Shown here: piece after piece, positions 1 through 9,230 of the stretch
Layout: each line of letters starts with the position of its first letter
How positions within the stretch are numbered: the first letter of the stretch is position 1
IMG/VR virus record: IMGVR_UViG_3300040985_000544
Span: 1 to 40,647 of that record
Strand: one strand, 5' to 3'
Source: a virus
Taxonomy: Duplodnaviria > Caudoviricetes
Length of the DNA: 40,647 bases
Notes under the pieces: generated by a model
The model's input: the letters and a program-made list of their open reading frames with translations, nothing else
The model's database searches: none
What the model was told of the DNA's origin: nothing
Position numbers and translations under genes: made by a program

Positions 1-376
1 ACCTTCGAGAGAGTATCCAACGAAGGCGTAGCTCCTGAGCTAAGTTACTTGGTTACTCTTGTATACAAAGACAACAACCCAACACTAGACATTTACCCTA
101 CACCAGCAGCGACAGACGCAGACGCGTTTCAGGTTCGTTACAGGGCGAGGTGGGTAGAGCTAACAGAAGAGTCAATAGAACTTGGTACTGAGGTTGGAGT
201 AGCAACGTATGTAGAAGCTCTACTGATCGAGTATGTACGCGCTATTGCCGAGGGTGGCGAAGACGGTACAACACAACAACGACTCATGGCGGTTGACGCT
301 GGGATATTGTTAGACAGAGCGCTACGTAAAGACGGAACGCTGCAACCAGACTACGGATCACTTCCTAGTTCAGGAT
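1..376. repeat. Terminal direct repeat, left copy (matches 40272-40647)
   Basis: Aligns without gaps to 40272-40647 (offset 40271) with about 10 substitutions; lies inside a coding region, as expected for a circular assembly overlap. Confidence 0.95.
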
Positions 377-600
377 TCCACGGTGGTCAAGCTTACGCAG
401 CAGGCACAGTGTCCGCACCAGCAACCAGCACTCTGGTTTGGAGAGGCACATGGTCGGGAAGTAACTTATACACGGTGGATGATTTGATTCACTACACGGT
501 AAACGGAAACTCATACATCTGCATACAAGACACAAGCGCGTCGGGAGAAGTTCCGACTAACGCTGCATTCTGGGATTTGTTCTCAGGCTCAGGAAGTTAA
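1..600 (+). CDS. 3' part of head-tail adaptor-like virion protein (gene starts at 39987 and spans the junction; ~294 aa), ending in a small CBM-like aromatic domain
   Basis: Frame 1 is open from base 1 and is continuous with the ORF starting at ATG 39987 through the terminal repeat. C-terminus WRGTWSGSNLYTVDDLIHY..NGNSYICI..PTNAAFWDLF resembles CBM5/12-like virion modules. Position follows capsid and cement genes. Confidence 0.65.
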   Translation, partial: TFERVSNEGVAPELSYLVTLVYKDNNPTLDIYPTPAATDADAFQVRYRARWVELTEESIELGTEVGVATYVEALLIEYVRAIAEGGEDGTTQQRLMAVDAGILLDRALRKDGTLQPDYGSLPSSGFHGGQAYAAGTVSAPATSTLVWRGTWSGSNLYTVDDLIHYTVNGNSYICIQDTSASGEVPTNAAFWDLFSGSGS

Positions 601-603
601 CAC

Positions 604-1755
604 ATGGCTACACAAATACAAGTACGAAGAGATACGCTGGGTGATTGGAACACCGCTAACCCCATACTTGCACAGGGCGAGGTAGGGGTAATACTAGATG
701 GATCCAATAAGGTTATTGGGTTAAAAGTAGGCGACGGCACTTCAGTGTTTAAGGACCTAGAGAACGCAACTCCTATGTTGGGTGGTGTTCCGAACCAGCT
801 TGACGAAGACGCGTCTACAGGAAACCCAGATGTTGCTGACAAAACTACATTTCTATTGAAGGGGCTAACTAATCAGTCCGCAGCAGTGTTTGGTATTGAA
901 GCAACTGGATCAACAGCCCTTGTCCTTTCGATAGATAAAGCAGGGGGCATCACCGCAGCGGCTGGCGTAAACGTCAGTGGTGGGTACGGCTCAACTGGAC
1001 TAACAGTAAGTGACGCTGGTGCTGTAACTACTAACAGTACAATTCTTGCAGACGGTGTTATCCAAAGTGGTACGTACGATGCAAGTGGCGGTACTTCTGG
1101 CGCACAGCTTGTCAACAGTACCGATCACGGTCAGTTGTTGATCAGTTCGACTGATGACGCTGAGCTAACAGATGTAGCAATCAAAGTCAACACTGCTGAA
1201 GGTGGCGTTGCAGATAAGTTTACTGTGAATCATGGCGGTCTAGTTACGTGCCAAGGAATAGTCAATACTGCAACAGCCATCACAATGGGTGGTCAAAAGA
1301 TAACTGGTCTAAACACTGCTGCACCTGACGCGGATGGGGACGCGGCAACCAAGAAATATGTAGATGACCAAGACGGAGAGAAGTCTCTAAAGACTTATGC
1401 TAGTTGTTTTTTTACCTTAAAGAACTATGGAAGCGTGGTCCCTACTGTTGGTTCATTTGTAAATTACGGCAATGTGGCAAGTGTCGTAGGAAGTCATACT
1501 GGCACGGTTGGTACTAAATACTGCACCATAACTTTTACTACGCCTCTGCCACACGCAACAAACTGGAGATGGCAAGTCATTGGCAATAATTACCCCACAG
1601 TTCCTGCTTTTGGTTCCGTTCCAATGGGAAACACGACTTGGACCGCTGTACAAACTAGCGCAAGTGTTATTACAATGAGTGCACCCTATAACGCAGGTAG
1701 CGACGGTCCTTATATTTGGCACTTCAACATAGTTGGGACTACACTGGAAGATTGA
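604..1755 (+). CDS. Tail fibre / receptor-binding protein with Mtd_N (hyaluronidase-N-like) anchor
   Basis: N-terminus IQVRRDT..W..ANPILAQGEVG...KVGDG is the Mtd_N-type motif; DAATKKYVD fibre motif; beta-rich C-terminal domain. Confidence 0.8.
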   Translation: MATQIQVRRDTLGDWNTANPILAQGEVGVILDGSNKVIGLKVGDGTSVFKDLENATPMLGGVPNQLDEDASTGNPDVADKTTFLLKGLTNQSAAVFGIEATGSTALVLSIDKAGGITAAAGVNVSGGYGSTGLTVSDAGAVTTNSTILADGVIQSGTYDASGGTSGAQLVNSTDHGQLLISSTDDAELTDVAIKVNTAEGGVADKFTVNHGGLVTCQGIVNTATAITMGGQKITGLNTAAPDADGDAATKKYVDDQDGEKSLKTYASCFFTLKNYGSVVPTVGSFVNYGNVASVVGSHTGTVGTKYCTITFTTPLPHATNWRWQVIGNNYPTVPAFGSVPMGNTTWTAVQTSASVITMSAPYNAGSDGPYIWHFNIVGTTLED

Positions 1756-4700
1756 TGCCAACTGCTCAAGTACCTATCCCGATTAACGGATACTCCGACA
1801 GCCTGAATCATCAGCACGGAGCAGAGGGCTTTAGTACGTCTATGCTTAACGTAGTACCTATGGATAACTTCGAGCACAGGAGACGAGTTGGTACACGCCA
1901 AGGTTTCTCTGCGATCGCGGACATGGGTACGAGTGACGACTACAACATACAAGAGTTGTTAACTTACGAGGTGTATCGAGATACATCGCTACTCAGGGAA
2001 GTATTGATAGTTGCTGGCGCTTCAGTCTTCTACACAGATAGCGCTGGTGACACGCACGATGTTGCATACAGCACCGCCGCTGCAACCTCAACTGTTACGT
2101 TTACAGATGTACCCACAGTTGACGAGACTATAACCATAACGGACACAGCAGGTACGTCAAAGACATACACTGCGAAGTTGGTGGAAACACTAGCCAGCAA
2201 TGAGTTCACAATAGGTGGCGGTGCGGGGGCTACTGCAACGGTAAAAATGTCAGGTGTTCCAGCAGCAGACCAAACAATAACAATCATTTCTACCGATGGG
2301 ACAAGTAAAACTTATACAGCAGGCGCTGCTTCAAGCGAAGCGTCTGGTATCTTTGACCGAGCTACAGGGACAGCTGCTGCTGCTGCTACATCGCTAAAGG
2401 CTTGTATAGACCACTCCAACGGACATACGACTTCAAAAATTACTGTTACAGATGACACCAGTGGCAACCTAGTGCTCACTCAAGTTCTAGCAGGGACGGG
2501 TGGCAACACGACAATTACGTCCGACCTAGCAACCACTGCAGTTGTTAGTTTCGGTGGGGACTCTACTGTAGTTGCGGGTGCGAATACCGCAGCAGGAACA
2601 GCGACTTCACTTACCGCTTGTATCAACCATGCATCTGGACACGGAAGCACAATCACTGCGGTGGCTACTGACAAAGTAGTCGCACTAACACAAGACGCAG
2701 TAGGAACAGCAACATCTACTGGTAACACAGATGTAACAAGCACGCTGAGCAATGCAACAGCTACTAACTTCAAGGGCGCTGCTTTTGCAGCTGGAAGTAA
2801 TCGCATACATAAAAGTGATACGGTTCGTGGAGTTATCTATGGAACGTACGCATACTTGGCTACAGGAAGACAGTACTACAAGGTAGACCTATCTGTAACA
2901 ACACCAGTAATTGAAGAGTGGACAAACTACAACGGTGCAGGCGGAATGCCTACCGATACATACGGTAACAAGTGTAACTTGATCGCACGGTTTGGCGCTA
3001 GGATAGCAATGTCTGGGATAAGCTCCAGCCGAAACAACTGGTTTATGTCTAAGATAGGGGACGCGGAAGACTGGACACCGACAGCGGGTAACACTAGTGA
3101 CGCGCAAGCAGGTGACAGCTCAACAGACTTTGGTGTTTTGGGTGAGCCTATAACGGCATTGTTCCCCTTCGGTGAATCTGGATTGATGATGGCGGGACGC
3201 GGTTCATTAACATTTCTAACAGCGGACCCTGTTGTTAGCGGCGCTCAAATGATACGAATGAGTAACGGCGTTGGTGTAATGGGACCAGATGCGTGGTGTC
3301 AAGGACCAGAGAAGACATGCTACGTAGCAAGCGGCGACGGCGTGTATCTGATACAGCCTAACCAATTCAATATACAACGAGGTCAAAGCGTTACGACAGG
3401 TCGGCTAGACGCATTCTTCACGGGTATCAACCCATCAGAAATAGACTTGCACTTAGCATACGATCCGCCACGCGGGACTATCGTTATGTACGTCAACCGA
3501 GAAGACGACCCAGACAACTCTATACACTACATGCATCACATAGCCACGCAGTCGTGGTGGACCTTCAAGGTGACTGACGCTAGAGTAGATGTAGTTAGAG
3601 CAACTTGTTTGTACTCTCCAATATCAGGAGAGCGCGAAGGGTTATGGATCGGATGTAAGTCTGGCAGAATCGCAACGCAGCCAAACTCTGGTGTAGTTGC
3701 TTACGACGGTGGCGCTCATTCAAGTCCACTAAAGTCTACTTCAAACAATTCCCCGAACACGGATACCAAGGTTGCATTCTCCAGCAGACTAGCATGGTCG
3801 CCTATAAACTCTGGCTTAACGAACGAGCGATTGCTTCTAACTGAGTTGGATGTACTTCTCGACAGGCACACAGTTACTGCGACGGACGGCATTACAGCAG
3901 TTGGTCCAACACTGAATCTGTACGGAGCTGAAACAGCTCAAACACTTTCAGGTATTAGTGGCGACATAAAAGTAACGCAAACCGAACTTGTCATTGACGG
4001 TGGCGTTGCTTCATTTGCAGCGGACACTCCGTCTACAAGTTTTGATTGTGGCAACGCAGATACCAAAGCGTATGCGATCATTACTGTTGCTGATGGCGAC
4101 GATACTGGTCACGGTATAGCAGAACTACAGACTATAGTCCTAACAAGCACCGCGGGTGTAACGAAGACGTATGTTGTAACTGACACTAACGCTGGCGGTG
4201 TTGCAACAGGCACTGTGCTTACTGACAGTAATGATTATGGAAGCGGTTCGCTTGGTGGTGGGCACGCTTTGATTGGCGGCATTGCTGTGGGCATAAACAC
4301 AACGGGAAGTGTGTCTAACGCTTACACTTACTTGGTTCAACTCAAGGCGGCTATCAATCACGCTAACGGACACAACGCTGGCGGAAGTAGCGTCTTTACT
4401 TTTGTAGACCCTGCGGCAGGAGCTGCTGCTAATGGAGCTCAGAGTTTACGTATAATTCAAGCTGTTGTTGGTCGTGGCGGTAACAGACCGATCACAGAAA
4501 CATTAGCCAGCTCCGTAACCGTACCGTCTGTGTTCGTAGGCGGTCAAACAACTGCGGTAGCTACAGAGTATACGCCAGCAGTTGAAGCAACAATAGAGTT
4601 GCATGAAGCCACGATTGGAACGCTCAACGGTCATCAGATAGTTTTGAACGACTTAGCAAGTGGAACTTCAGCGGTGACACTAACCTTCGACTCATCGCTT

Positions 4701-5492
4701 GCTGTTAACGCTTCAACTACTTCTCTCATAGGCTGTGCTGACGCAGACGAAAACTACCTGTCTATAATGAAGGCAGTAAAGAAAAGCATTGACTTGAATT
4801 ACTCTGCTGGCTTACTTAACATAAGAACTGAAGAACCATACTTGGATACACAATCAAAGATGGTACTAAGAATGTCTGATGCTTGGAATGGTTTAGACTT
4901 ACTAACTGGGTTGAGTATAACTGGAAGTGCAACAACTGGTGGGCAAGAAATACGGGGATTAACTTTTGCTCTTGAGGATGGAAGGAACTGGAAGCAGTTC
5001 ATTAACGGTGGTCGAGCTGCGGACATAACTGGAACATACGCGCTGAACGATACAGCTGCGTCCGAGTCAATGCGTAAGTGGACACGAGAAAGTTCGTACA
5101 CAGTACGCATGGGCGGGAATACATCGGCAACAGAGCCTCAGCAGTTTAGAAACAAGTGGGGCGTGTTTGGTACAGAGGACGTAACCACACCGTTGTATCT
5201 AGCGGCAGAAGAAACAGCAAGCCTATCGCTATCTACATGGACTTCAACAGAGATACTACCGAGTAACTTTACAGCAAGCACAGTGATAGTAGACCCAGAG
5301 CAAGACGAAACAACAAAACGATTACTACAGACTTGGACTTTGGCTAGGGGTCGGAACAATAGATACAGGGTACGAAAGCGTGAGAGCGATTTCCAAGTAG
5401 AGATTACAGCGTCAGGCACAGCATGGGTACTAGAAGACTTGGCATTAAACATAGAAAAGGGCGGTGCATACCGTTCTGTGATAACAACGTAA
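1755..5492 (+). CDS. Tail hub/nozzle protein (P22 gp10 / T7 gp12-like) with inserted Thr/Ala/Gly-rich beta domains
   Basis: Likely start is ATG 1755, overlapping the upstream stop (TGATG). Beta-propeller-like segments (WFMSKIGDAEDW, GEPITALFPFG, GVGVMGPDAW) and position between fibre and ejection genes. Confidence 0.65.
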   Translation: MPTAQVPIPINGYSDSLNHQHGAEGFSTSMLNVVPMDNFEHRRRVGTRQGFSAIADMGTSDDYNIQELLTYEVYRDTSLLREVLIVAGASVFYTDSAGDTHDVAYSTAAATSTVTFTDVPTVDETITITDTAGTSKTYTAKLVETLASNEFTIGGGAGATATVKMSGVPAADQTITIISTDGTSKTYTAGAASSEASGIFDRATGTAAAAATSLKACIDHSNGHTTSKITVTDDTSGNLVLTQVLAGTGGNTTITSDLATTAVVSFGGDSTVVAGANTAAGTATSLTACINHASGHGSTITAVATDKVVALTQDAVGTATSTGNTDVTSTLSNATATNFKGAAFAAGSNRIHKSDTVRGVIYGTYAYLATGRQYYKVDLSVTTPVIEEWTNYNGAGGMPTDTYGNKCNLIARFGARIAMSGISSSRNNWFMSKIGDAEDWTPTAGNTSDAQAGDSSTDFGVLGEPITALFPFGESGLMMAGRGSLTFLTADPVVSGAQMIRMSNGVGVMGPDAWCQGPEKTCYVASGDGVYLIQPNQFNIQRGQSVTTGRLDAFFTGINPSEIDLHLAYDPPRGTIVMYVNREDDPDNSIHYMHHIATQSWWTFKVTDARVDVVRATCLYSPISGEREGLWIGCKSGRIATQPNSGVVAYDGGAHSSPLKSTSNNSPNTDTKVAFSSRLAWSPINSGLTNERLLLTELDVLLDRHTVTATDGITAVGPTLNLYGAETAQTLSGISGDIKVTQTELVIDGGVASFAADTPSTSFDCGNADTKAYAIITVADGDDTGHGIAELQTIVLTSTAGVTKTYVVTDTNAGGVATGTVLTDSNDYGSGSLGGGHALIGGIAVGINTTGSVSNAYTYLVQLKAAINHANGHNAGGSSVFTFVDPAAGAAANGAQSLRIIQAVVGRGGNRPITETLASSVTVPSVFVGGQTTAVATEYTPAVEATIELHEATIGTLNGHQIVLNDLASGTSAVTLTFDSSLAVNASTTSLIGCADADENYLSIMKAVKKSIDLNYSAGLLNIRTEEPYLDTQSKMVLRMSDAWNGLDLLTGLSITGSATTGGQEIRGLTFALEDGRNWKQFINGGRAADITGTYALNDTAASESMRKWTRESSYTVRMGGNTSATEPQQFRNKWGVFGTEDVTTPLYLAAEETASLSLSTWTSTEILPSNFTASTVIVDPEQDETTKRLLQTWTLARGRNNRYRVRKRESDFQVEITASGTAWVLEDLALNIEKGGAYRSVITT

Positions 5493-5502
5493 GGAAAGTA
5501 TT

Positions 5503-6207
5503 ATGGGATTTTTTGGCGGCATAGGCGGATTTTTAGGTGGCGATGAGATAGGTGACGCTATCAATGCCCAACAAGCGTACGCAATGGGTCCGTGGAATCA
5601 AGCGTGGGATGACATCTTTGGCGAAGGCGGCATGCAGGATCAGACTTTTGAAGAGTACCAATCTCAGTACGACGAGATGCTAAACTTTTTTGAGTCTAGC
5701 AGCCAGCAGGCGCAACAAGAATTACGTATGAGTCAAGCTAAGGAGATGGGTTACCTTGACACGGGTAGAAAAGAATCCATGCAAATGGTTGGGCAGCAGT
5801 TTGAACAGATGCGTGGTCAGACACAGGCGCAGAACATTATGCAGGGGCTATCGAATACAAGCTGGGGTCAGCAGTCTATGAACTCTGTTACGGAGCAGCA
5901 AGGTCTTGCAGAGGCAGGCGTGGCGACGGACTATGCACAGAGATATGCAGCCACTACCGCAAGGCAGGGTCAAGAGATGGGTAACTTTGATCAGTGGAGA
6001 ATTGGTGGGCAGACTTCACTGCAAGGAAGTTATGCAGAAGGTTTGGCTGGCTTGCGTGGCAATTGGGCTCAGCGTCGAATTGGTATGGAGCAAAGCGGTA
6101 TGGGATACCGTACGGGCTGGGCGAATAGACAAATAGCAAACACCGAAAGAAATGTCGGCGTAGGGCTAGACTTTGCAAGCGGTCTGCTAGGCGGTTTCGG
6201 ATTCTAA
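5503..6207 (+). CDS. Putative DNA ejection / pilot protein (Gly- and Gln-rich)
   Basis: AAGGA RBS; Gly-rich hydrophobic ends (MGFFGGIGGFLGG, LLGGFGF) around a Gln-rich helical core; follows the nozzle gene. Confidence 0.55.
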   Translation: MGFFGGIGGFLGGDEIGDAINAQQAYAMGPWNQAWDDIFGEGGMQDQTFEEYQSQYDEMLNFFESSSQQAQQELRMSQAKEMGYLDTGRKESMQMVGQQFEQMRGQTQAQNIMQGLSNTSWGQQSMNSVTEQQGLAEAGVATDYAQRYAATTARQGQEMGNFDQWRIGGQTSLQGSYAEGLAGLRGNWAQRRIGMEQSGMGYRTGWANRQIANTERNVGVGLDFASGLLGGFGF

Positions 6208-6208
6208 T

Positions 6209-6424
6209 ATGCCACCACGAAACGACGACAACACATGGGAAAGCAACGCGAATCTAATTGTGCACAGGCTAAATACAATAGACGACGAACTTAAAATAAT
6301 GAACAAACGACTCAGTCATTTAGAGCGAAGTGTTTGGTCATTGCAAGCGAAGGCTGCTGTCATAGGCGGAATCTCAGGCTTGCTTATATCGGGTATCGGA
6401 CTTCTTATGAGGGTGGTACAATGA
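6209..6424 (+). CDS. Small coiled-coil protein with C-terminal TM helix (holin/XhlA-like)
   Basis: Heptad segment RLNTIDDELKIMNKRLSHLE followed by hydrophobic AAVIGGISGLLISGIGLLM. Confidence 0.5.
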   Translation: MPPRNDDNTWESNANLIVHRLNTIDDELKIMNKRLSHLERSVWSLQAKAAVIGGISGLLISGIGLLMRVVQ

Positions 6425-6939
6425 GGAACCTCTTTCTCTTAGTTCTCTTGATGGGTGGATGCTCACAGGTAGAACGCATAGGTACAGATGCTCAGCGCAT
6501 ACGTGAGTCTGCTACCTCAACAATAGATCATCTCGAAGTCATTATGGAAACTGACGACTTCGGGGTGGTTGAGGTTGAAGCAGCTGCTGCAATATCTGAT
6601 CAAGAAGAGATAGTGGAATACGTAGACGACATATTATTGACCTTGCCCAAGGTACGAGATGCAACGCCTTGGTGGGCTACTTTGTTAAGCAGAGTATCAG
6701 TTGCAGCTTCGGTGCTAGGGGTAGCCTTTTTATTCTGGCACTTGGGTATAGGTCATTTGATTAAGAAGGTGTGCTGGGCAATCGGGTGGTTTATCCCAGC
6801 AAGCTCAATGCGTTCGGCTGAGTTAGACTTAAAGGTAGAACGACAGAACATGTCAGCACGCGAAGCAATTGCCGCGCGACGAGGTGCTGATCCATCCTAC
6901 GAAGCGGCAAGAAAACAAGCAAAGAAGAGGATAGTGTAA
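6421..6939 (+). CDS. Lipoprotein with internal TM helix (candidate unimolecular spanin)
   Basis: Start ATG 6421 (ATGA overlap, GAGGGTGG RBS); signal MRNLFLLVLLMGG-C; later TM WWATLLSRVSVAASVLGVAFLFW. Confidence 0.55.
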   Translation: MRNLFLLVLLMGGCSQVERIGTDAQRIRESATSTIDHLEVIMETDDFGVVEVEAAAAISDQEEIVEYVDDILLTLPKVRDATPWWATLLSRVSVAASVLGVAFLFWHLGIGHLIKKVCWAIGWFIPASSMRSAELDLKVERQNMSAREAIAARRGADPSYEAARKQAKKRIV

Positions 6940-7067
6940 TGATGTTATTAGCAGACGTAAGTAGTTTTTTCGGTACTATGTGGTGGACAGCTTTGATCGC
7001 AACAGTTTCATTTGCAGCGGGTGTTGCAATGAGCTCTTACATCAAGGCATTCTTGAATAGAGGTTAA
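6939..7067 (+). CDS. 42-aa single-TM membrane protein (not in ORF track)
   Basis: MMLLADVSSFFGTMWWTALIATVSFAAGVAMSSYIKAFLNRG*; TAATG overlap with the upstream stop; fills the gap to the next gene. Confidence 0.7.
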   Translation: MMLLADVSSFFGTMWWTALIATVSFAAGVAMSSYIKAFLNRG

Positions 7068-7068
7068 T

Positions 7069-7485
7069 ATGAGTTGGAGTGCAATAGCTAGCGCAGTAGG
7101 TGGAGCAGCAAAAGAAGCGATGTCTAATGCGCCAGAGGCAAGCGGTCTGCATGGTCAAAGTGCGGCTTCCGAGGAGCATGCTGCTCAACGAGAGTTAGAT
7201 GCCAAGATGAAGGACGAGCAAGCTGGTCACGAGTTGGCGCAACAACGCTATGCAGAAGAAAACGAACGGTTTATGTCGGAGTACTATAAGCGGGGCGCTG
7301 ACAGCAGGAATCAGTTAAAGTCGTACTACGATAGTGTAAACATAGGTGTCGGTGGTGTAAACAACTTTGTTCTTAAAGGTGGGTCAGCTCAATTTATGAG
7401 TACACCAACATCCGTTACGCAGGTAGAAGGCATGGGCAACAAACAGAACGACATGATGAGAATGATGGGGCAGGCGGGACTATGA
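7069..7485 (+). CDS. Hypothetical protein, probable internal virion/ejection protein
   Basis: GAGG RBS; Ala/Gly-rich N-terminus and coiled-coil; ATGA overlap with the next gene. Confidence 0.55.
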   Translation: MSWSAIASAVGGAAKEAMSNAPEASGLHGQSAASEEHAAQRELDAKMKDEQAGHELAQQRYAEENERFMSEYYKRGADSRNQLKSYYDSVNIGVGGVNNFVLKGGSAQFMSTPTSVTQVEGMGNKQNDMMRMMGQAGL

Positions 7486-9230
7486 GTACATTTCCAACAA
7501 ACGTAACAGACGGTATAGCGGCAGCGGTGGATACAGGGCAGCAACCGCCGACAGCTGAACAAGAAACTCCTGAGCTATTAGCGAAACCTAAGCAGACCGA
7601 CAACGAAATGTTGCAGGAAGCAGAGCTGATGGCGGACCCAAGAGTGATGATGAGCAGTCCTCTCTCCGCTTCTGAAATAGTAGCGTCAATAAAAAGTGGT
7701 AACCCAGTTGGGTTAGAGCACATGACACTTGGTAGTACCAGCACTGGTGATCCAGCGGCGGTCTATATTGATGACTTTGGTCAAGTGCAGCACCATGTGT
7801 TGAGCACTAGCCAATGGATGGCTATGAAAGAATCACGTTCGCTTAATCGTTCTCGCGTTGCCCAGCAAGAAGAGAAGACAAGGAAGCTTAACGAACAAAG
7901 AGAAGAGCTAAGCGGCGCTTTCAAAAACGGGATAGACAAGGTAGACAACGAAGCGTTTAGAGCATTGTTGAAGCAAAGGTTTCAAGATGACCCACAAGGT
8001 GCAATGAAGATGTTGATTGACGATCAGCGAGGAGATCAGAGAGACGCAGAAGCAAACGCAAAAGTGCAGGCTGCGGCTATTCAAGCACAAGCTTGGTCTA
8101 TATCTTCGGCTTTGCAGAACGAAAACCTCAGAGAGCGACAAGGACTTGACGCTAGACTAAACGAGGCACAGCAAAAAGCAATGACATCAAAGGGGGATTC
8201 TTCCGCTGCGATTGCAGGTATAAATGGTCAAAGAAGAGAGATTGCCATTCGCGACCGAGCGTCCTCGTATGTTCCAACACCGCAAACAATAGGCATGTCA
8301 CCTACGCAGGCAATGAGCCCAACTCAAGTACAGGGCATGTTAGCAGCGTGGCTGGCAATCCCAGAAGTTGACAGGTTGGTCCCGCACCCAAGTAGCCCAG
8401 ACTACGCGTCCGCAATGGAGGATGTTGTTGCATCTTTGAATGGTGTTGCAACTGACCTTGGTTGGCAGCAAACATTTACGATCGAAGACATGGGGAGAAT
8501 TGAGCAGGCTGTTATGACACATCGCAATGTGCATGGAGAGACTGTGGAGTTACAGCGTCTAGCCAAAGAGAACGAAGAGCTAAAGAAAGATATAGAAGCA
8601 CTGCATTCTTCGCGGTCGCCCCAAGCGGCACAAGAACAGGTATCACTGTCTGCCGCAATAGAAGCGAATGAGTCTACAGCCAGAGGTATGGAAGCACGAA
8701 GAGGCACTGAGTGGGATAAGGCAGACCTTAACGCAGACGGAGTTGTGACAGCACAGGAAGAAGCTGCGTTTACGGGAGATGTATCTACGCTAGATGCAGA
8801 TCGTAAAACAAGGCAACAACAAAAGGACGCTGCGTCCACAGCGGCGGCTGCAAAAAAAAGTGATGCTTCTAGTGAGGCTCGCGCTGACGCTAGTCAAGCT
8901 ATGATAAATGCTGTAGACGAAATGGAAAATGCAACAACAACTGGTGTAAAGGACAGAGCTAGGGAAGCATACAACGATGCTTTTTATAAGTATAACGAAG
9001 ATGAAATAAGAGAACAAATACGTACACTTACGAAACAGTTAGCCAATTCGGGTAAGTATAAAGATTCAAAAGGACGGGGAATAGCGCAACGATATGATGC
9101 AGCGTTAAAAGACTCTAATCATGAAGTGCATCAACTTGCCAAAAAGCTTCAAGCTGAGGTGAACCGAATCGTTTTATATGAGTGGTCACTTAAAGCAGAA
9201 GATTCATTAAACATTAACGAAGGGGATTGA
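7482..9230 (+). CDS. Probable internal virion/ejection protein, coiled-coil rich, with EF-hand-like loop
   Basis: 582-aa helical Q/E/A/K-rich ORF directly before the giant protein; contains DLNADGVVTAQE. Confidence 0.6.
   Translation: MSTFPTNVTDGIAAAVDTGQQPPTAEQETPELLAKPKQTDNEMLQEAELMADPRVMMSSPLSASEIVASIKSGNPVGLEHMTLGSTSTGDPAAVYIDDFGQVQHHVLSTSQWMAMKESRSLNRSRVAQQEEKTRKLNEQREELSGAFKNGIDKVDNEAFRALLKQRFQDDPQGAMKMLIDDQRGDQRDAEANAKVQAAAIQAQAWSISSALQNENLRERQGLDARLNEAQQKAMTSKGDSSAAIAGINGQRREIAIRDRASSYVPTPQTIGMSPTQAMSPTQVQGMLAAWLAIPEVDRLVPHPSSPDYASAMEDVVASLNGVATDLGWQQTFTIEDMGRIEQAVMTHRNVHGETVELQRLAKENEELKKDIEALHSSRSPQAAQEQVSLSAAIEANESTARGMEARRGTEWDKADLNADGVVTAQEEAAFTGDVSTLDADRKTRQQQKDAASTAAAAKKSDASSEARADASQAMINAVDEMENATTTGVKDRAREAYNDAFYKYNEDEIREQIRTLTKQLANSGKYKDSKGRGIAQRYDAALKDSNHEVHQLAKKLQAEVNRIVLYEWSLKAEDSLNINEGD

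Noticed and set aside
1-376. Genuine T7-like fixed terminal repeats
   Set aside because: The repeat lies mid-gene and the copies differ; an assembly overlap of a circularly permuted genome is more likely.
1716-1754. Upstream start extensions in the ORF track (1716, 6334, 23520, 24627, 26087, 29453, 30948, 35170)
   Set aside because: Downstream ATGs have better RBSs or stop-start overlaps and match the expected N-termini.
604-1755. Diversity-generating retroelement suggested by the Mtd_N domain
   Set aside because: No reverse transcriptase ORF and no template/variable repeat pair seen; Mtd_N is a general fibre anchor.
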